Shown: positions 27,433 through 39,943, counted from the stretch's first letter. The stretch: DNA of 64,000 bases from an uncultured Planctomycetaceae bacterium (GCA_964492875.1 CAZBLD010000004.1:57165-121164); one strand, 5' to 3'. The notes: generated by a model from the sequence alone, not told the origin. Translations and numbers: made by a program.

Positions 27433-28125
27433 ATGATAAGGCCTATAGCAATAAGACGAAGGCGCGTGTTAATAGATATCGACACACAAAAGGATTTTTT
27501 TCTGGCCAGCGGCTCGGCGTGCATTAGAAATCATCGCAGGGTCTTAATGAATATAAGAAGGACGCTGGCCTGGGTGAGAGTAAAGAATCTCAGAGTGGTT
27601 TCAACCGCATTGTACAAGTCGGGCAAGAATAGCGACAGATTTTGTATTGTCGGCACCGATGGTCAGCACAAAATATCATATACACTTCGCAACAGAAAAA
27701 TAGAGTTCGTGGCCGACGGCTGCACTGACTTTCAGAGAGATATTTTCACACATTACGACCAGGTAATTTTAAACAAACGATGTGAGGACCCGTTTGACGA
27801 ACCTCGTGCTGAAAGACTCCTGTCGGAGCTGAAAGCCAATGAGTTTATCGTCATCGGAGCCATTGCCGAAGGCGCTGTCGTGGCAACCGTCCTCGGTCTT
27901 TTACAAAGAGGCAAAAAGGTAACCGTTTTCATTGACGCCGTCGGCACACACAACAGGCGAAAAGCCGATGTCGCTTTCCGCAAGATGAAGGCAAAAGGCG
28001 CAGCTCTTGTCGAGACGCGGGATTATACGGGTTCAACTCATCTCAAAACCGTCGGCATCTGCAACTGCAAACTCTGTGGAACCGATGAAAAACAGCTGCA
28101 GCTTAAAACCCATGTCGGCGCATAA
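27433..28125 (+). CDS. Isochorismatase-family (cysteine hydrolase-like) protein lacking the catalytic Cys
   Basis: VLIDIDTQKDFF resembles the D-x-Q-x-DF start and ILNKRCEDPF the Lys region. The nucleophile position reads IVIGAIAEGAVVATV, with Ala where Cys is expected. Confidence 0.55.
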   Translation: MIRPIAIRRRRVLIDIDTQKDFFLASGSACIRNHRRVLMNIRRTLAWVRVKNLRVVSTALYKSGKNSDRFCIVGTDGQHKISYTLRNRKIEFVADGCTDFQRDIFTHYDQVILNKRCEDPFDEPRAERLLSELKANEFIVIGAIAEGAVVATVLGLLQRGKKVTVFIDAVGTHNRRKADVAFRKMKAKGAALVETRDYTGSTHLKTVGICNCKLCGTDEKQLQLKTHVGA

Positions 28126-28140
28126 CCAGTTGTTCTGAAT

Positions 28141-29028
28141 TCAAATCCTTTGTGTCGCAGTCCGTAGTTCCTCTTTGGCAGTGCTGTCCGCCTGCGCTTT
28201 TTTGCCGCGATATACAATAACACTGGTAGGACATTTGTTCACCGCTGCTTCAAAAGATGGTCCCGGCTGATATTTTGTATAATCCAGTTTTGCAAGATTA
28301 TCGGTTACCTTAAAGGCATCATTCTGTTTTGTGCATAACCCGCAGGCGATACACCCAACTTTACAGAAGGCTTTCGTATCCTTTGCGTTTTCACGGCTTC
28401 GACAGGCAACGGTCATCATAACGTCATACTTGAACGGCACCATTTCGATAAGCTCCCTGGGGCAGGCTCTCGAACAGGCACCGCAGCCCGTGCACCTTTC
28501 ATAATTGATTGTCGCCAGACCATCGACAATACTGATTGCGCCGAATTTACACGATGCCTTACAGTCGTCAAAACCGAGACACCCAAACTTGCAGGCCTGT
28601 ACGTTCGCAAGCGCATTTGCGCTTGTGCAGCTTGGTATGCCGGCATACTTTGCCAGGTAAGTCCTATCGCCGGTTCTAGCCCGGCAGTGAACTATAGGTC
28701 TTTTGGGAGCATGTGAGCTGCTTATCTGCAGATTTAGTATCCGGGCAACTCTTTCCATAGTCTTTTGCCCACCAGGAAAACATCTCCCCAGGAGCGCTGG
28801 TTCGGCAACCACCATTTTTGCATACTCCTGGCAGCCGGCAAAGCCGCAGACTCCGCAGTTAATATTCGGCAGCGCAGCAAAAACCCTCTCAACTCTTTCG
28901 TCCTGCAGAACCTTGAGCTTTTCGCTGGCAATCAGCAAACCTATCGCAAAACCCAGACCCAGCAGGAGCATCGTAACCCCTGCTGGCCAGGAAGAATTCC
29001 ACAGCGAAATTATGCCAGCTAAAATCAT
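28141..29028 (-). CDS. rnfB: Rnf complex subunit B (polyferredoxin type)
   Basis: N-terminal TM anchor, a CGVCGFAGCQEYA motif, then several 4Fe-4S motifs (CTGCGACSRACP, CIACGLC). Last gene of the rnf cluster. Confidence 0.88.
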   Translation of the reverse strand: MILAGIISLWNSSWPAGVTMLLLGLGFAIGLLIASEKLKVLQDERVERVFAALPNINCGVCGFAGCQEYAKMVVAEPALLGRCFPGGQKTMERVARILNLQISSSHAPKRPIVHCRARTGDRTYLAKYAGIPSCTSANALANVQACKFGCLGFDDCKASCKFGAISIVDGLATINYERCTGCGACSRACPRELIEMVPFKYDVMMTVACRSRENAKDTKAFCKVGCIACGLCTKQNDAFKVTDNLAKLDYTKYQPGPSFEAAVNKCPTSVIVYRGKKAQADSTAKEELRTATQRI

Positions 29029-29615
29029 TTTATCATTCCCGTAAAGCCCATAAACGCCAGCGTCAGCAGGCCGGCGGTTATCAGAGTAATCGGAGGCCCG
29101 TCAAGACATTCAGGTACATCAGCAAATCTTAGTTGTTCTCTAATGCCAGCCATTATGCATATTGCCAGCGTAAAACCAACTCCCGCACCAAAACTTAGTA
29201 CCGCGGCTTCAAGGAAATTATCAATACCCCAAACATAAAGAAACAGACAAAGGCCTAAAATAGCACAGTTGGTGGTGATAAGGGGCAGAAATATACCGAA
29301 ACTTTCGAACAGCGGCGGGAAAAATTTCCTTATGTACATCTCAACAAGCTGCACTGCTCCTGCAATAACGACTATGTAACAAACATACCGGGTAATTTCC
29401 AGCCCGTAAGGCATCAGCATCATATGGTCGATAAGCCACGTCATTACGCTGGCAAGGGTGATAACAAACGTTACCGCCATACCCATACCGAATGCCATAT
29501 CTATTCTGCCGGATACGCCGAGGTAAGGACATACGCCAAGAAATTTCGAAAAGACAAGATTATTGATAATCACTATCGAAATAAAAGCCATCAACAAAAC
29601 ATAAAAAGTATCCAT
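29025..29615 (-). CDS. rnfA: Rnf complex subunit A
   Basis: 196-aa polytopic protein with the RnfA/NqrE-like pattern (LGVCP, ITTNCAILG). Confidence 0.88.
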   Translation of the reverse strand: MDTFYVLLMAFISIVIINNLVFSKFLGVCPYLGVSGRIDMAFGMGMAVTFVITLASVMTWLIDHMMLMPYGLEITRYVCYIVVIAGAVQLVEMYIRKFFPPLFESFGIFLPLITTNCAILGLCLFLYVWGIDNFLEAAVLSFGAGVGFTLAICIMAGIREQLRFADVPECLDGPPITLITAGLLTLAFMGFTGMIK

Positions 29616-29642
29616 TGCTGAACCTTTCTCCGTCAGGAGTCC

Positions 29643-30257
29643 TCACGGACAGGATTTTTTACGAGTCAGGGCATTAACAAGGCCTATCATAAGTCCAAGC
29701 GTAATAAACGCCCCGACAGGCATTCTCATTGCCGTACAAGGCACAAAACTTTTGGACAAAACGGGAATATCCCAGATAGTTCCCACAGCCAGCAATTCCC
29801 GAATAGCTGCGAGAATGCAAAGCACTATGGTGAAACCTATACCCATACTTACTCCATCAACGGCACTTACAAAGACACTGCACTTGCTCGCGCAGGCCTC
29901 GGAGCGGGCGATAATTATGCAGTTGACGATAATCAGTGGAACGTAAGGCCCAAGTATATCGCTCATCTGCGGAATAAAGGCCCGCAGATAAAGGTCGCAA
30001 ATGGTAACAAAGGTCGCAATCGTCAGCGTAAACATCAGGATTCGCAGATGTGGCTTGAGAAGTTTTCGCATAAAACTAACGACCACATTGCTGCAGACGA
30101 GAACAAACAAAACGCTCAGCCCCATAGTTAGAGCCGGCTTTACCGCCGTGGTAACGGCAAGCGTCGGACACATACCGAGAATTAAACGCAGCACCGGTAT
30201 TTCGGTCCACAGACCGCCCTTGACCGCATCCAAAGCCGTCATTGTCCTGTCTGCCAT
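29643..30257 (-). CDS. rnfE: Rnf complex subunit E
   Basis: 204-aa polytopic protein with the RnfE/NqrD pattern (LGMCPTLAVTT, PLIIVNCIIIARSEA). Confidence 0.88.
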   Translation of the reverse strand: MADRTMTALDAVKGGLWTEIPVLRLILGMCPTLAVTTAVKPALTMGLSVLFVLVCSNVVVSFMRKLLKPHLRILMFTLTIATFVTICDLYLRAFIPQMSDILGPYVPLIIVNCIIIARSEACASKCSVFVSAVDGVSMGIGFTIVLCILAAIRELLAVGTIWDIPVLSKSFVPCTAMRMPVGAFITLGLMIGLVNALTRKKSCP

Positions 30258-30871
30258 TACTTCACAAGTCCTTTTTGCTTGAGCTGCTCTTTTACCTGTT
30301 TGATATAATTGTTAAAAATATTGACAACAGCGGTGCTGGATACCGTTGCGCCGCTGACGGCAATAATTTCTTTGTCGATTTTTCCGGCATTTCCACTCTT
30401 TGACAAATCAAGTTTCATTACAGGAGCGCCCGCAAACTGTCTGCGAAAATAATCCTCCTTAATCCGGTCGCCAAAACCAGGCGTCTCGTTACTGGCAAGA
30501 ACGCTATATCCTGCGATTTTTTCAAATGCCGCATCGACGGCAACGACAAGCTCAATCTTGTCGGCAAAACCCATTCCTTCCGCTCTGAAGCAGAATCCCA
30601 CCTCATTACCATCGGCGCCAACGGCTTTATAGACATCCGTCTTTGCGAGTCTGCCCCTGCCCAGGTCAACCTGCACACCCTCCAGAACAAGCTCAAATCT
30701 GCTCGCATCGGTTATAAGAGATTTCATAAGCCCGTTGAGCTTGTCCTTTTTGTTTTGTTCTACTTTTGGCGACCATGCAGCATTAGCCAGTGCAAGCAGC
30801 AGACCAAAGACAAAGGCCGAGACAAGCAGCAGCCAGCTCTGTTCAACATAATGCTTTATCACTTTAAGCAT
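30257..30871 (-). CDS. rnfG: Rnf complex subunit G (FMN-binding)
   Basis: N-terminal TM helix. C-terminal IIAVSGATVSSTAV is the covalent-FMN S-G-A-T motif. Confidence 0.88.
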   Translation of the reverse strand: MLKVIKHYVEQSWLLLVSAFVFGLLLALANAAWSPKVEQNKKDKLNGLMKSLITDASRFELVLEGVQVDLGRGRLAKTDVYKAVGADGNEVGFCFRAEGMGFADKIELVVAVDAAFEKIAGYSVLASNETPGFGDRIKEDYFRRQFAGAPVMKLDLSKSGNAGKIDKEIIAVSGATVSSTAVVNIFNNYIKQVKEQLKQKGLVK

Positions 30872-31892
30872 TTCTTCTGCCTCCCGCCGGCGTAATTTTG
30901 CATAATCTGTCTATCAGCGGCGTTAAGGAATTCATCATCAGAACGGCAAACATCATCCCCTCCGGATATTCTCCAACCACTCTTATAAGCATTGTCAGGC
31001 CTCCTACGCCTATTCCGAAAATCCACGTCCCTTTGGCGGTGAGCGGCGATGTAACAGGGTCCGTTGCGATGAAGAATGCTCCTATGAGCATACCGCCGGC
31101 CATCAGGTGGAAAACCGGAGAGGCATATGCTGTGCTATCTATCAGATAACCGACTGACGAGACAACAAACGCAGAGCTTAACACGGCCAAAGGAATATGC
31201 GGCCCTATTGTCCTGGTCAGTAACAAATATATTCCGCCGATAATTAGAGCAATCGAGCTTGTCTCCCCCAGACAGCCGCCTCTCCGGCCGAAGAACAAAT
31301 CCTTGAGCATATTATTTGCTATTGAGGCATTTACTTTTACGCTGCCTTGGGCATTTCTACTTTTTATCGCTTCTTTGCTCCACGCAAGTGGTGTCGCCTG
31401 CGTTATAACCGCAGCATTTTTGAGTGAAATTTGAGGCATACTTTTATCTATCGTCGCCGGCACCGTCCAAGTAGTCATCAGCATTCCGAAAGAAGCAGTC
31501 AGAAAGGCGCGTCCTATCATTGCAGGATTAAATATATTTGCGCCAATCCCACCGAAAACCATTTTGCCGACCGCTATCGCAAAAACGCCTCCGATTACCG
31601 CCGCCCACCACGGCAGCGCAGGCGGAAGGGAAAAAGCCAGGATAACACCTGTTATCGCAGCGCTGAAATCTCCCAGCGAATTGGGCTTTCTCCTGATTAG
31701 ATTACAGAGCCATTCCGTCAGACAGCAGGCCGCAACACAAACCCCCGTAAGCACCACAGCTTTGGCGCGAAAATACCATACAGCCGCAATGCCAGCAGGC
31801 AAAAGTCCAACCAGCACGTTAAGCATTATCAGGCTTGTCGGAAAATGCCTGCTGATATGCGGCGAAGGTGAAACTTTAATTTTCTGCAGCAT
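30864..31892 (-). CDS. rnfD: Rnf complex subunit D
   Basis: 342-aa polytopic protein of the RnfD/NqrB family (FNPAMIGRAFL, FFIATDPVTSP). Confidence 0.9.
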   Translation of the reverse strand: MLQKIKVSPSPHISRHFPTSLIMLNVLVGLLPAGIAAVWYFRAKAVVLTGVCVAACCLTEWLCNLIRRKPNSLGDFSAAITGVILAFSLPPALPWWAAVIGGVFAIAVGKMVFGGIGANIFNPAMIGRAFLTASFGMLMTTWTVPATIDKSMPQISLKNAAVITQATPLAWSKEAIKSRNAQGSVKVNASIANNMLKDLFFGRRGGCLGETSSIALIIGGIYLLLTRTIGPHIPLAVLSSAFVVSSVGYLIDSTAYASPVFHLMAGGMLIGAFFIATDPVTSPLTAKGTWIFGIGVGGLTMLIRVVGEYPEGMMFAVLMMNSLTPLIDRLCKITPAGGRRNA

Positions 31893-31907
31893 CTTTGTTT
31901 CCTGTGA

Positions 31908-33218
31908 TTACTTCGGCATAAGTTTTTTCTGTCTTGCGATGAGAATTTTTCCGGTCTTTATAAAACCTGCGAGCTCTATATTTGCAGGACAGACGTAACT
32001 GCAGCAGCCACATTCAATGCAGACGGACATATAATAGTCCTCGGCTGTTTCAAGCAAATTGTGTTTGACAGAATGTGCAATCCTTGTCGGATTAATATTC
32101 ACCGGACAGACTGCAATACATCTGCCGCAGCGGATACACGGTGCCTCTTTTTCGAGCATCTTCGCTCTGCCTATTTCTTTTTTGGTCAGGACGACAATCG
32201 CGCCTGATGTTTTCGTTATCGGCGTTGATAAATCAGCGATGGCAAAACCCATCATCGGGCCGCCAAGTATAACTTTCACAGCATCTTTGGTTAAGCCGCC
32301 GACAAGTTCAATCAGCTCTCCGGCAGTCATACCAATCGGTACATAGAAATTACCGATGCCTTTTATCCCGCTGCCGGCAACGGTAACCACACGATGCGTA
32401 AGCGGCCGGTTAAATACAACCGCTTCTGCTATCGCCGCTGCCGTAGCAACATTTGTAACAAGCACGCCTATCATCGGCGGTATCCCGTCTGCCGGCACAT
32501 CTTTGCCAAGTATTGATTTTATAAGTTGTCTCTCGCCGCCCTGCGGGTACCTGGTCTTTACGACAACAACCTCAATGCCCGCCGCTGCCGGCATTTTTTT
32601 AATCGCTTCCCTAAAAGCATCTGCCGCTTTGGGTTTGTTATCTTCGACACCTATAAATATGTCCCCGCAGCCGAGCGCCTTTCCGACAAGCAGGGCCCCC
32701 GCAACAATCTGATTTGTCCATTCGAGCATTATCCGATAGTCACAGGTAATGAAAGGCTCACACTCGCAGCCGTTGATTATAACAGTATGTATAGGTGAGG
32801 AGGGATTTGCCTTTATCTTGACAGATGTCGGAAAACCTGCCCCACCCATGCCAACTATACCCGCCTTTCGGACAGCATCGAAAATTTCTTCAGGCGCAAA
32901 CTTTTGGGGATTAAAGTTGCTGTCAAACTTATCTGCACAGAATTGCTTGAGCGGGTTTTCTTCATCGGACTCAATAATAATTGCTTGGGCCCTGCCCAGT
33001 ACCGGGTGAGAGCAGAGCGCGACGTCCCTGACCGTTCCGTTTACGGGTGAATGAACAGGTGCTGAAACGAAGGCGTCGGCATTGCCAATTAACTGGCCTG
33101 CTGTTACGCGGTCTTTTTTATTGACAAGCGATTCACATATTGCCCCAATGTGCTGGCTGAGCATAACGGCAAGCTGTTTCGGCACAGGCACAGACTTTAT
33201 CGCTTCGTTTTCCGTCAA
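31908..33218 (-). CDS. rnfC: Rnf complex subunit C
   Basis: IVGMGGAGFPT NADH/FMN site and two 4Fe-4S motifs (CIRCGRCIAVCP, CIECGCCSYVCP). Confidence 0.92.
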   Translation of the reverse strand: MTENEAIKSVPVPKQLAVMLSQHIGAICESLVNKKDRVTAGQLIGNADAFVSAPVHSPVNGTVRDVALCSHPVLGRAQAIIIESDEENPLKQFCADKFDSNFNPQKFAPEEIFDAVRKAGIVGMGGAGFPTSVKIKANPSSPIHTVIINGCECEPFITCDYRIMLEWTNQIVAGALLVGKALGCGDIFIGVEDNKPKAADAFREAIKKMPAAAGIEVVVVKTRYPQGGERQLIKSILGKDVPADGIPPMIGVLVTNVATAAAIAEAVVFNRPLTHRVVTVAGSGIKGIGNFYVPIGMTAGELIELVGGLTKDAVKVILGGPMMGFAIADLSTPITKTSGAIVVLTKKEIGRAKMLEKEAPCIRCGRCIAVCPVNINPTRIAHSVKHNLLETAEDYYMSVCIECGCCSYVCPANIELAGFIKTGKILIARQKKLMPK

Positions 33219-33273
33219 CTGCTTATAATCAGGCAGATGAATGCCCCCCTTAAACGTCAGTCTGCCGATACGC

Positions 33274-33603
33274 TTAATGGTTGCTTCTCCATAATCTCAA
33301 AACCGCAAGATACAAACATACAACCATCACCCCCGTGACAAGCGCAAGCAGATTTCTGCCGAGCGAACTGCTAATCCTTTCAGCAAGTGCTTTTTCCATT
33401 GCAGCAAGAACAACAATAAAGAGAATCAGCGGCAGCAGAAAGGCTTGGACAACTTTCAACAATATCGGTGGAGCCTTTGAGCCGCTAAGCTTCTCAAAAA
33501 TCTGCTGGCAGCTTTCCTTCTGACCGCAGTTTTTACATTGCTGGTCCACAACCTGCGCCCAAAAATAAACCTTTCTTATAAGCCAAACCGATTCAGCTTT
33601 CAA
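33274..33603 (-). CDS. RseC/MucC-like small membrane protein preceding rnf
   Basis: 109 aa with a Cys cluster (CKNCGQKESC) followed by two hydrophobic helices. Proteins of this type commonly precede rnf operons. Confidence 0.5.
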   Translation of the reverse strand: MKAESVWLIRKVYFWAQVVDQQCKNCGQKESCQQIFEKLSGSKAPPILLKVVQAFLLPLILFIVVLAAMEKALAERISSSLGRNLLALVTGVMVVCLYLAVLRLWRSNH

Positions 33604-34082
33604 GCCATTTCAACCTCGCCAAAACTTCCAAAAGGTCAAAAACGATTGCCGGGACCTCCGCTCAAGCACAAAAGTTGCGTTCTTCCCCCGGCATCAGGAA
33701 TGATATCCTCGCCTTCATTCCACAGAAAATCTGCCAAAAATAAGTCCTATAACTAAATTTTTCGAGAAACTATAGCTTCTTAGAAAGCACTTTCATAACT
33801 CGCTTTTTTAAAAAGACTTACATTTAAATTATTTTTAGTCCTATAATATAGCTATTTACTATATAAAGGTCATCCTTTGGTAAATTTCCCCCAAAATACC
33901 ATTTTTGCCTTGATTTACATTATAGGACGAGGTAGAATACATACAGCTTTGATAGGAAGGAGTTTGGAGGAGCGAGAAGACAACGGACTTTCGTCCAAAC
34001 TCCCTTATGAATACTGTAGGGCGTACCGAACGGTGGTCATTCCGAGTACGCATGAACGTTGAGTAATCTTTTCTGCGCGTAC

Positions 34083-35111
34083 ATGGAAAGAGCAAAAGGA
34101 AAACTGTCGCGAAGGAACGATAACACTATGGGTGATGCTATGGCTCCAGCACAGCGTAACATTATGCACAGCGAGTTTGTTACCGGCACATCTCCTGCCT
34201 TCGGCTCAATTCTTGAAACAATCAACACAGTTGCCTCAAGGCAGTGTTCGATGATAATCACCGGCGAAACCGGCGCAGGCAAGGAAATGGTTGCCCGTCA
34301 GATACACCTGTGCAGCGACAGAGCAGACAAGGTTTTTGTCCCAGTTGACTGTACGACGCTGACAGGGCAGTTATTTGAAAGCCAGTTATTCGGCCACGTC
34401 CGCGGCGCGTTTACCGGCGCTGTAAGCGACACGCTGGGCTTCTTCAGGGCCGCTGACGGCGGAACAATATTCCTCGACGAAATTAGTGAAATACCTTATG
34501 ACCTACAGGCAAAGTTCCTCCGCGTCCTGCAGGAATCTTCTGTTACGCCAGTCGGTTCGGTCAAATCTTATCCGATAGATATACGTGTGCTCTGCGCCAC
34601 GAATCAGGACCTAAAGCAGCTCGTTGACAGCGGCAAATTCCGTGCAGACCTGTTCTATCGGCTCAATGTTGTAACTGTTCACGTGCCTCCGCTCAGAGAA
34701 CGCCCGCAGGATATCATCGACCTTGCCGAATATCTTCTTGCCCGCCAAGCTGAGTTCTACAACGAGCCTTATAAGGTCTTGACCGACCAGACCAAAAAGC
34801 TTCTGCTCGAATATCACTGGCCGGGCAACGTCCGCGAGCTTGCCAACGTAATGGAACGGGCCTATGTCCTGACGGATACGGAACTGATAACGCCTGCCGC
34901 CCTTCCTGCCGAGATTCTCACAGCCGCTCCCGTGGAAAACGGAAAGGCTCGTCTGCCGACGCTTAATGAAGCACAGCGAAAGGTCATTGTTCAGGCCCTT
35001 GAAACAACCGGCGGTAGAAAGATAGCCGCCGCAAAAATTCTCGGCCTTGAACGAAGAAAACTCAACCGCCTCCTCGAAAAACTAAACATCCCGCTGGTTG
35101 AAACAGAGTAG
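34083..35111 (+). CDS. Sigma-54-dependent transcriptional activator (AAA+ and Fis-type HTH only, no N-terminal sensory domain)
   Basis: Walker A GETGAGKEMVARQIH, ESQLFGHVRGAFTGA (GAFTGA loop), Walker B FLDEI, and C-terminal HTH AAAKILGLERRKLNRLLEKL. The start is uncertain: the ORF opens at TTG 34059, with ATGs at 34083, 34128 and 34137. Confidence 0.85.
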   Translation: MERAKGKLSRRNDNTMGDAMAPAQRNIMHSEFVTGTSPAFGSILETINTVASRQCSMIITGETGAGKEMVARQIHLCSDRADKVFVPVDCTTLTGQLFESQLFGHVRGAFTGAVSDTLGFFRAADGGTIFLDEISEIPYDLQAKFLRVLQESSVTPVGSVKSYPIDIRVLCATNQDLKQLVDSGKFRADLFYRLNVVTVHVPPLRERPQDIIDLAEYLLARQAEFYNEPYKVLTDQTKKLLLEYHWPGNVRELANVMERAYVLTDTELITPAALPAEILTAAPVENGKARLPTLNEAQRKVIVQALETTGGRKIAAAKILGLERRKLNRLLEKLNIPLVETE

Positions 35112-35115
35112 CTGC

Positions 35116-35844
35116 TTATTTCTTCCCTTTTTGTTCCTTTAGCGCCTTTTTTTCTTGCTCTTTAGCTATCCTGTCGATGTCCTTCGCCTTTTTGGCCTCT
35201 TTGGTGGGCAGCTGAACCTGTACGCCAAGTCTGCCCAGTTCGCCTGCAACTTCAGGCTGGTCGGGGTTAAGTTCAAACGTCTTGCGAAGATACATCTCCG
35301 CGTTTGCATTGTCCTTTTTGAGCAGATAATAGTAGCCAAGCTGCCTGTTTATAGCCACCGAGTCGGGCGCCAGATTATGCGCCTGCTTGTAGCAGGCAAG
35401 GGCATATTCATCAAGGCCTCTGTCCTGAAAGGACCTCCCCAAGAGGAGCGAATGTTTGGCACTGACGCTTGCCTGACTAATATACATATCTGCGACTACT
35501 TCGCCTCTTGCTGTGTCACCTTTGTCCACCTGTAGTTTGACTATCGAGGCCTGGGCATCGTGATGCATCGGGTCGAATGCGAGTGCCTTATTGTATTCCC
35601 ACTCCGCGTTATCCCACATTCCTTGGCTGTGATAGAGCTTACCGAGGTCATAATGAGCCTTCGGGTTTTCGTACTTTTTGTCAAGGTCTTTCAAAAGCTT
35701 ATCTTTCTGCTTCTCTGATTCGCCGCTAAGCTCCTTGTCGGTGACCTTTTCACCATACATTGTTTTTTGCTGTTTCTTGTCACAGCCGGCCGTAATAATG
35801 GCTATTCCGGCAATAATTAACAGAATTTTAAAAAGTCTCGCCAT
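35116..35844 (-). CDS. TPR-repeat lipoprotein
   Basis: Signal peptide with lipobox IITAGC, then TPR-like repeats (YDLGKLYHSQGMWDNAEWEYNKALAFDP, ACYKQAHNLAP). Confidence 0.7.
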   Translation of the reverse strand: MARLFKILLIIAGIAIITAGCDKKQQKTMYGEKVTDKELSGESEKQKDKLLKDLDKKYENPKAHYDLGKLYHSQGMWDNAEWEYNKALAFDPMHHDAQASIVKLQVDKGDTARGEVVADMYISQASVSAKHSLLLGRSFQDRGLDEYALACYKQAHNLAPDSVAINRQLGYYYLLKKDNANAEMYLRKTFELNPDQPEVAGELGRLGVQVQLPTKEAKKAKDIDRIAKEQEKKALKEQKGKK

Positions 35845-35954
35845 TTCTCAATCCTTTCCAATTCCGTCCGTCTTATGCTGTCTATCAGTATGCAAAACTG
35901 ACAAGCCATTTTCAAGTCAAAACTTGTCCGCCTTCGGCGGAACTGCCGAAAGCA

Positions 35955-38471
<2,517 letters not shown>

Positions 38472-38822
38472 TTATTCCGAGCAAACCAGCTTGATTTCCC
38501 GAATGTTCGACAAAGGGCACTGTTGTCTCAGCTCTTCGACAATCTGCCCTGCGTTTGTACGAAGCTCAAACATATACGGCCCGGACTTTACCTTCACTTT
38601 CATAACTCCCGCTCTAAGTGATTCTATCCGGCAATTCCGGGCAAGGTCGTCTCCCGCTATCTGCTCAAATGCCTCGGGGACAGATATATTCCGCCTGGCA
38701 GGACTGGCAACGCTCCTTAAAAACAGCTTCAGTTCGCCAGCGATGTTGCTGTTGCTTTTGGCCCTCCTTCGCCTGAATTTTATTGCTCTGTTCGCTTTGG
38801 TTAGTAAAACTTCCGTGTTCAT
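38472..38822 (-). CDS. DUF721 (DciA-like) protein
   Basis: 116-aa basic protein between dnaN and gyrB, the usual position of DUF721 proteins. Pattern L.V.V.S..W..EL......I...L. Confidence 0.6.
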   Translation of the reverse strand: MNTEVLLTKANRAIKFRRRRAKSNSNIAGELKLFLRSVASPARRNISVPEAFEQIAGDDLARNCRIESLRAGVMKVKVKSGPYMFELRTNAGQIVEELRQQCPLSNIREIKLVCSE

Positions 38823-38836
38823 GAACTACCAACCCT

Positions 38837-39943
38837 TCAGGACAGGCTCACTGGCATAACGATATACAGATAGTTAGCACCGCTTTTAATAAGTCCCGGC
38901 CGGTCAGACTGACCCAGCTGTAGCTCGAAAGAGTCTTCTCGGATAACTTTCAGCACATCGATAAGGAACTGTGGATTAAAGCCTATTTCCATAGCTTCGC
39001 CTTTATAGTCGACCTCCATCGCAATTTCCGCATCGCCCATCTCGGGCGCCCTGCTGGTAAACACAAGGGACTTTTTGCTCAGCGCCAACTTGACTCCTTT
39101 TGAATCCTCGTTGGTTAGTAATGCCGCTCTTCTAATAGCGCTAAGTGTGGCCGCCGTGTTAAGCTGAAGCTTGTTCTTATAGTCGGTTGGGACAATCTCT
39201 TCATACTTTGGAAAGCTTCCTTCAACAAGCGTTGAGCTTATCACCGTGCCGCCGCAGGCAAGTATAATCTTGTTATCGACAAAACGAATGACTGCTTCAT
39301 CATTTTCACCGGCCCCGATTCTTTCTAAAAGCGCCATAGCCTTGGCAGGCACTATAATCTTTTCCGCTTCAAGTTTCCTGTCTGCCTCACCAGCAAGAGC
39401 AAGCTTGTACTTTGCAAGCCGCCTACCGTCTGTTCCCACAAGTGTCAGCTTCTTGCCAGCCGTCTCCCACAGAATCCCACTTAGGGCATAGCGTGTGTTT
39501 TCCCTTGCCGTTGCAAAAAGACAGTGCTCAACTGCTTCCTGGAGTTTTATAAGGTTAACTTTAATTTGTGCTTCACCGTCAACGCCTGGCACTGTGGGAT
39601 ACTGGTCCGGCGGAAACCCGTAAATTGTAAAATGGCTGTCTGCGCCTCGCACATGACAGGTTCCCTCGGCGGCCTGAAGGTCAAGAATCTCATCAACACT
39701 CTCACGAACGATAGCAGTAAATCGCTCTGCGGGGACTACTGCCTCGCCTTCTTCCTCAATCTGTACTTGGGAGATAAAGCAAGTTATGCTGATTTCAAAA
39801 TCGGTAGCACTTATTAAAACGCCCCCTTCTTGTGCACCCATCTTCAAGCCTTGAAGTATAGGTTTTGTAGTCCTTGCCGGCACAACTGAAGTAACAAGCG
39901 CCAGTGCTTCAGACAACGCTGCTCGATTAAATTTTGCCTTCAT
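38837..39943 (-). CDS. dnaN: DNA polymerase III beta subunit (sliding clamp)
   Basis: 368 aa. MKAKFNRAALSEALALVTSVVP..TTKPILQGLK start and a three-domain length. Confidence 0.95.
   Translation of the reverse strand: MKAKFNRAALSEALALVTSVVPARTTKPILQGLKMGAQEGGVLISATDFEISITCFISQVQIEEEGEAVVPAERFTAIVRESVDEILDLQAAEGTCHVRGADSHFTIYGFPPDQYPTVPGVDGEAQIKVNLIKLQEAVEHCLFATARENTRYALSGILWETAGKKLTLVGTDGRRLAKYKLALAGEADRKLEAEKIIVPAKAMALLERIGAGENDEAVIRFVDNKIILACGGTVISSTLVEGSFPKYEEIVPTDYKNKLQLNTAATLSAIRRAALLTNEDSKGVKLALSKKSLVFTSRAPEMGDAEIAMEVDYKGEAMEIGFNPQFLIDVLKVIREDSFELQLGQSDRPGLIKSGANYLYIVMPVSLS

Noticed and set aside
33604-34058. Sigma-54 promoter or riboswitch in the rseC-rnf leader; also the 78-aa and 61-aa ORFs at 33859-34095 and 33877-34062.
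   Set aside because: Only weak GG...G(T/A) spacings were found (TGGCAGATTTTCTGT, GGCAATCGTTTTTGA), with no GC at -12. The ORFs overlap each other on opposite strands and have no motifs or RBS.
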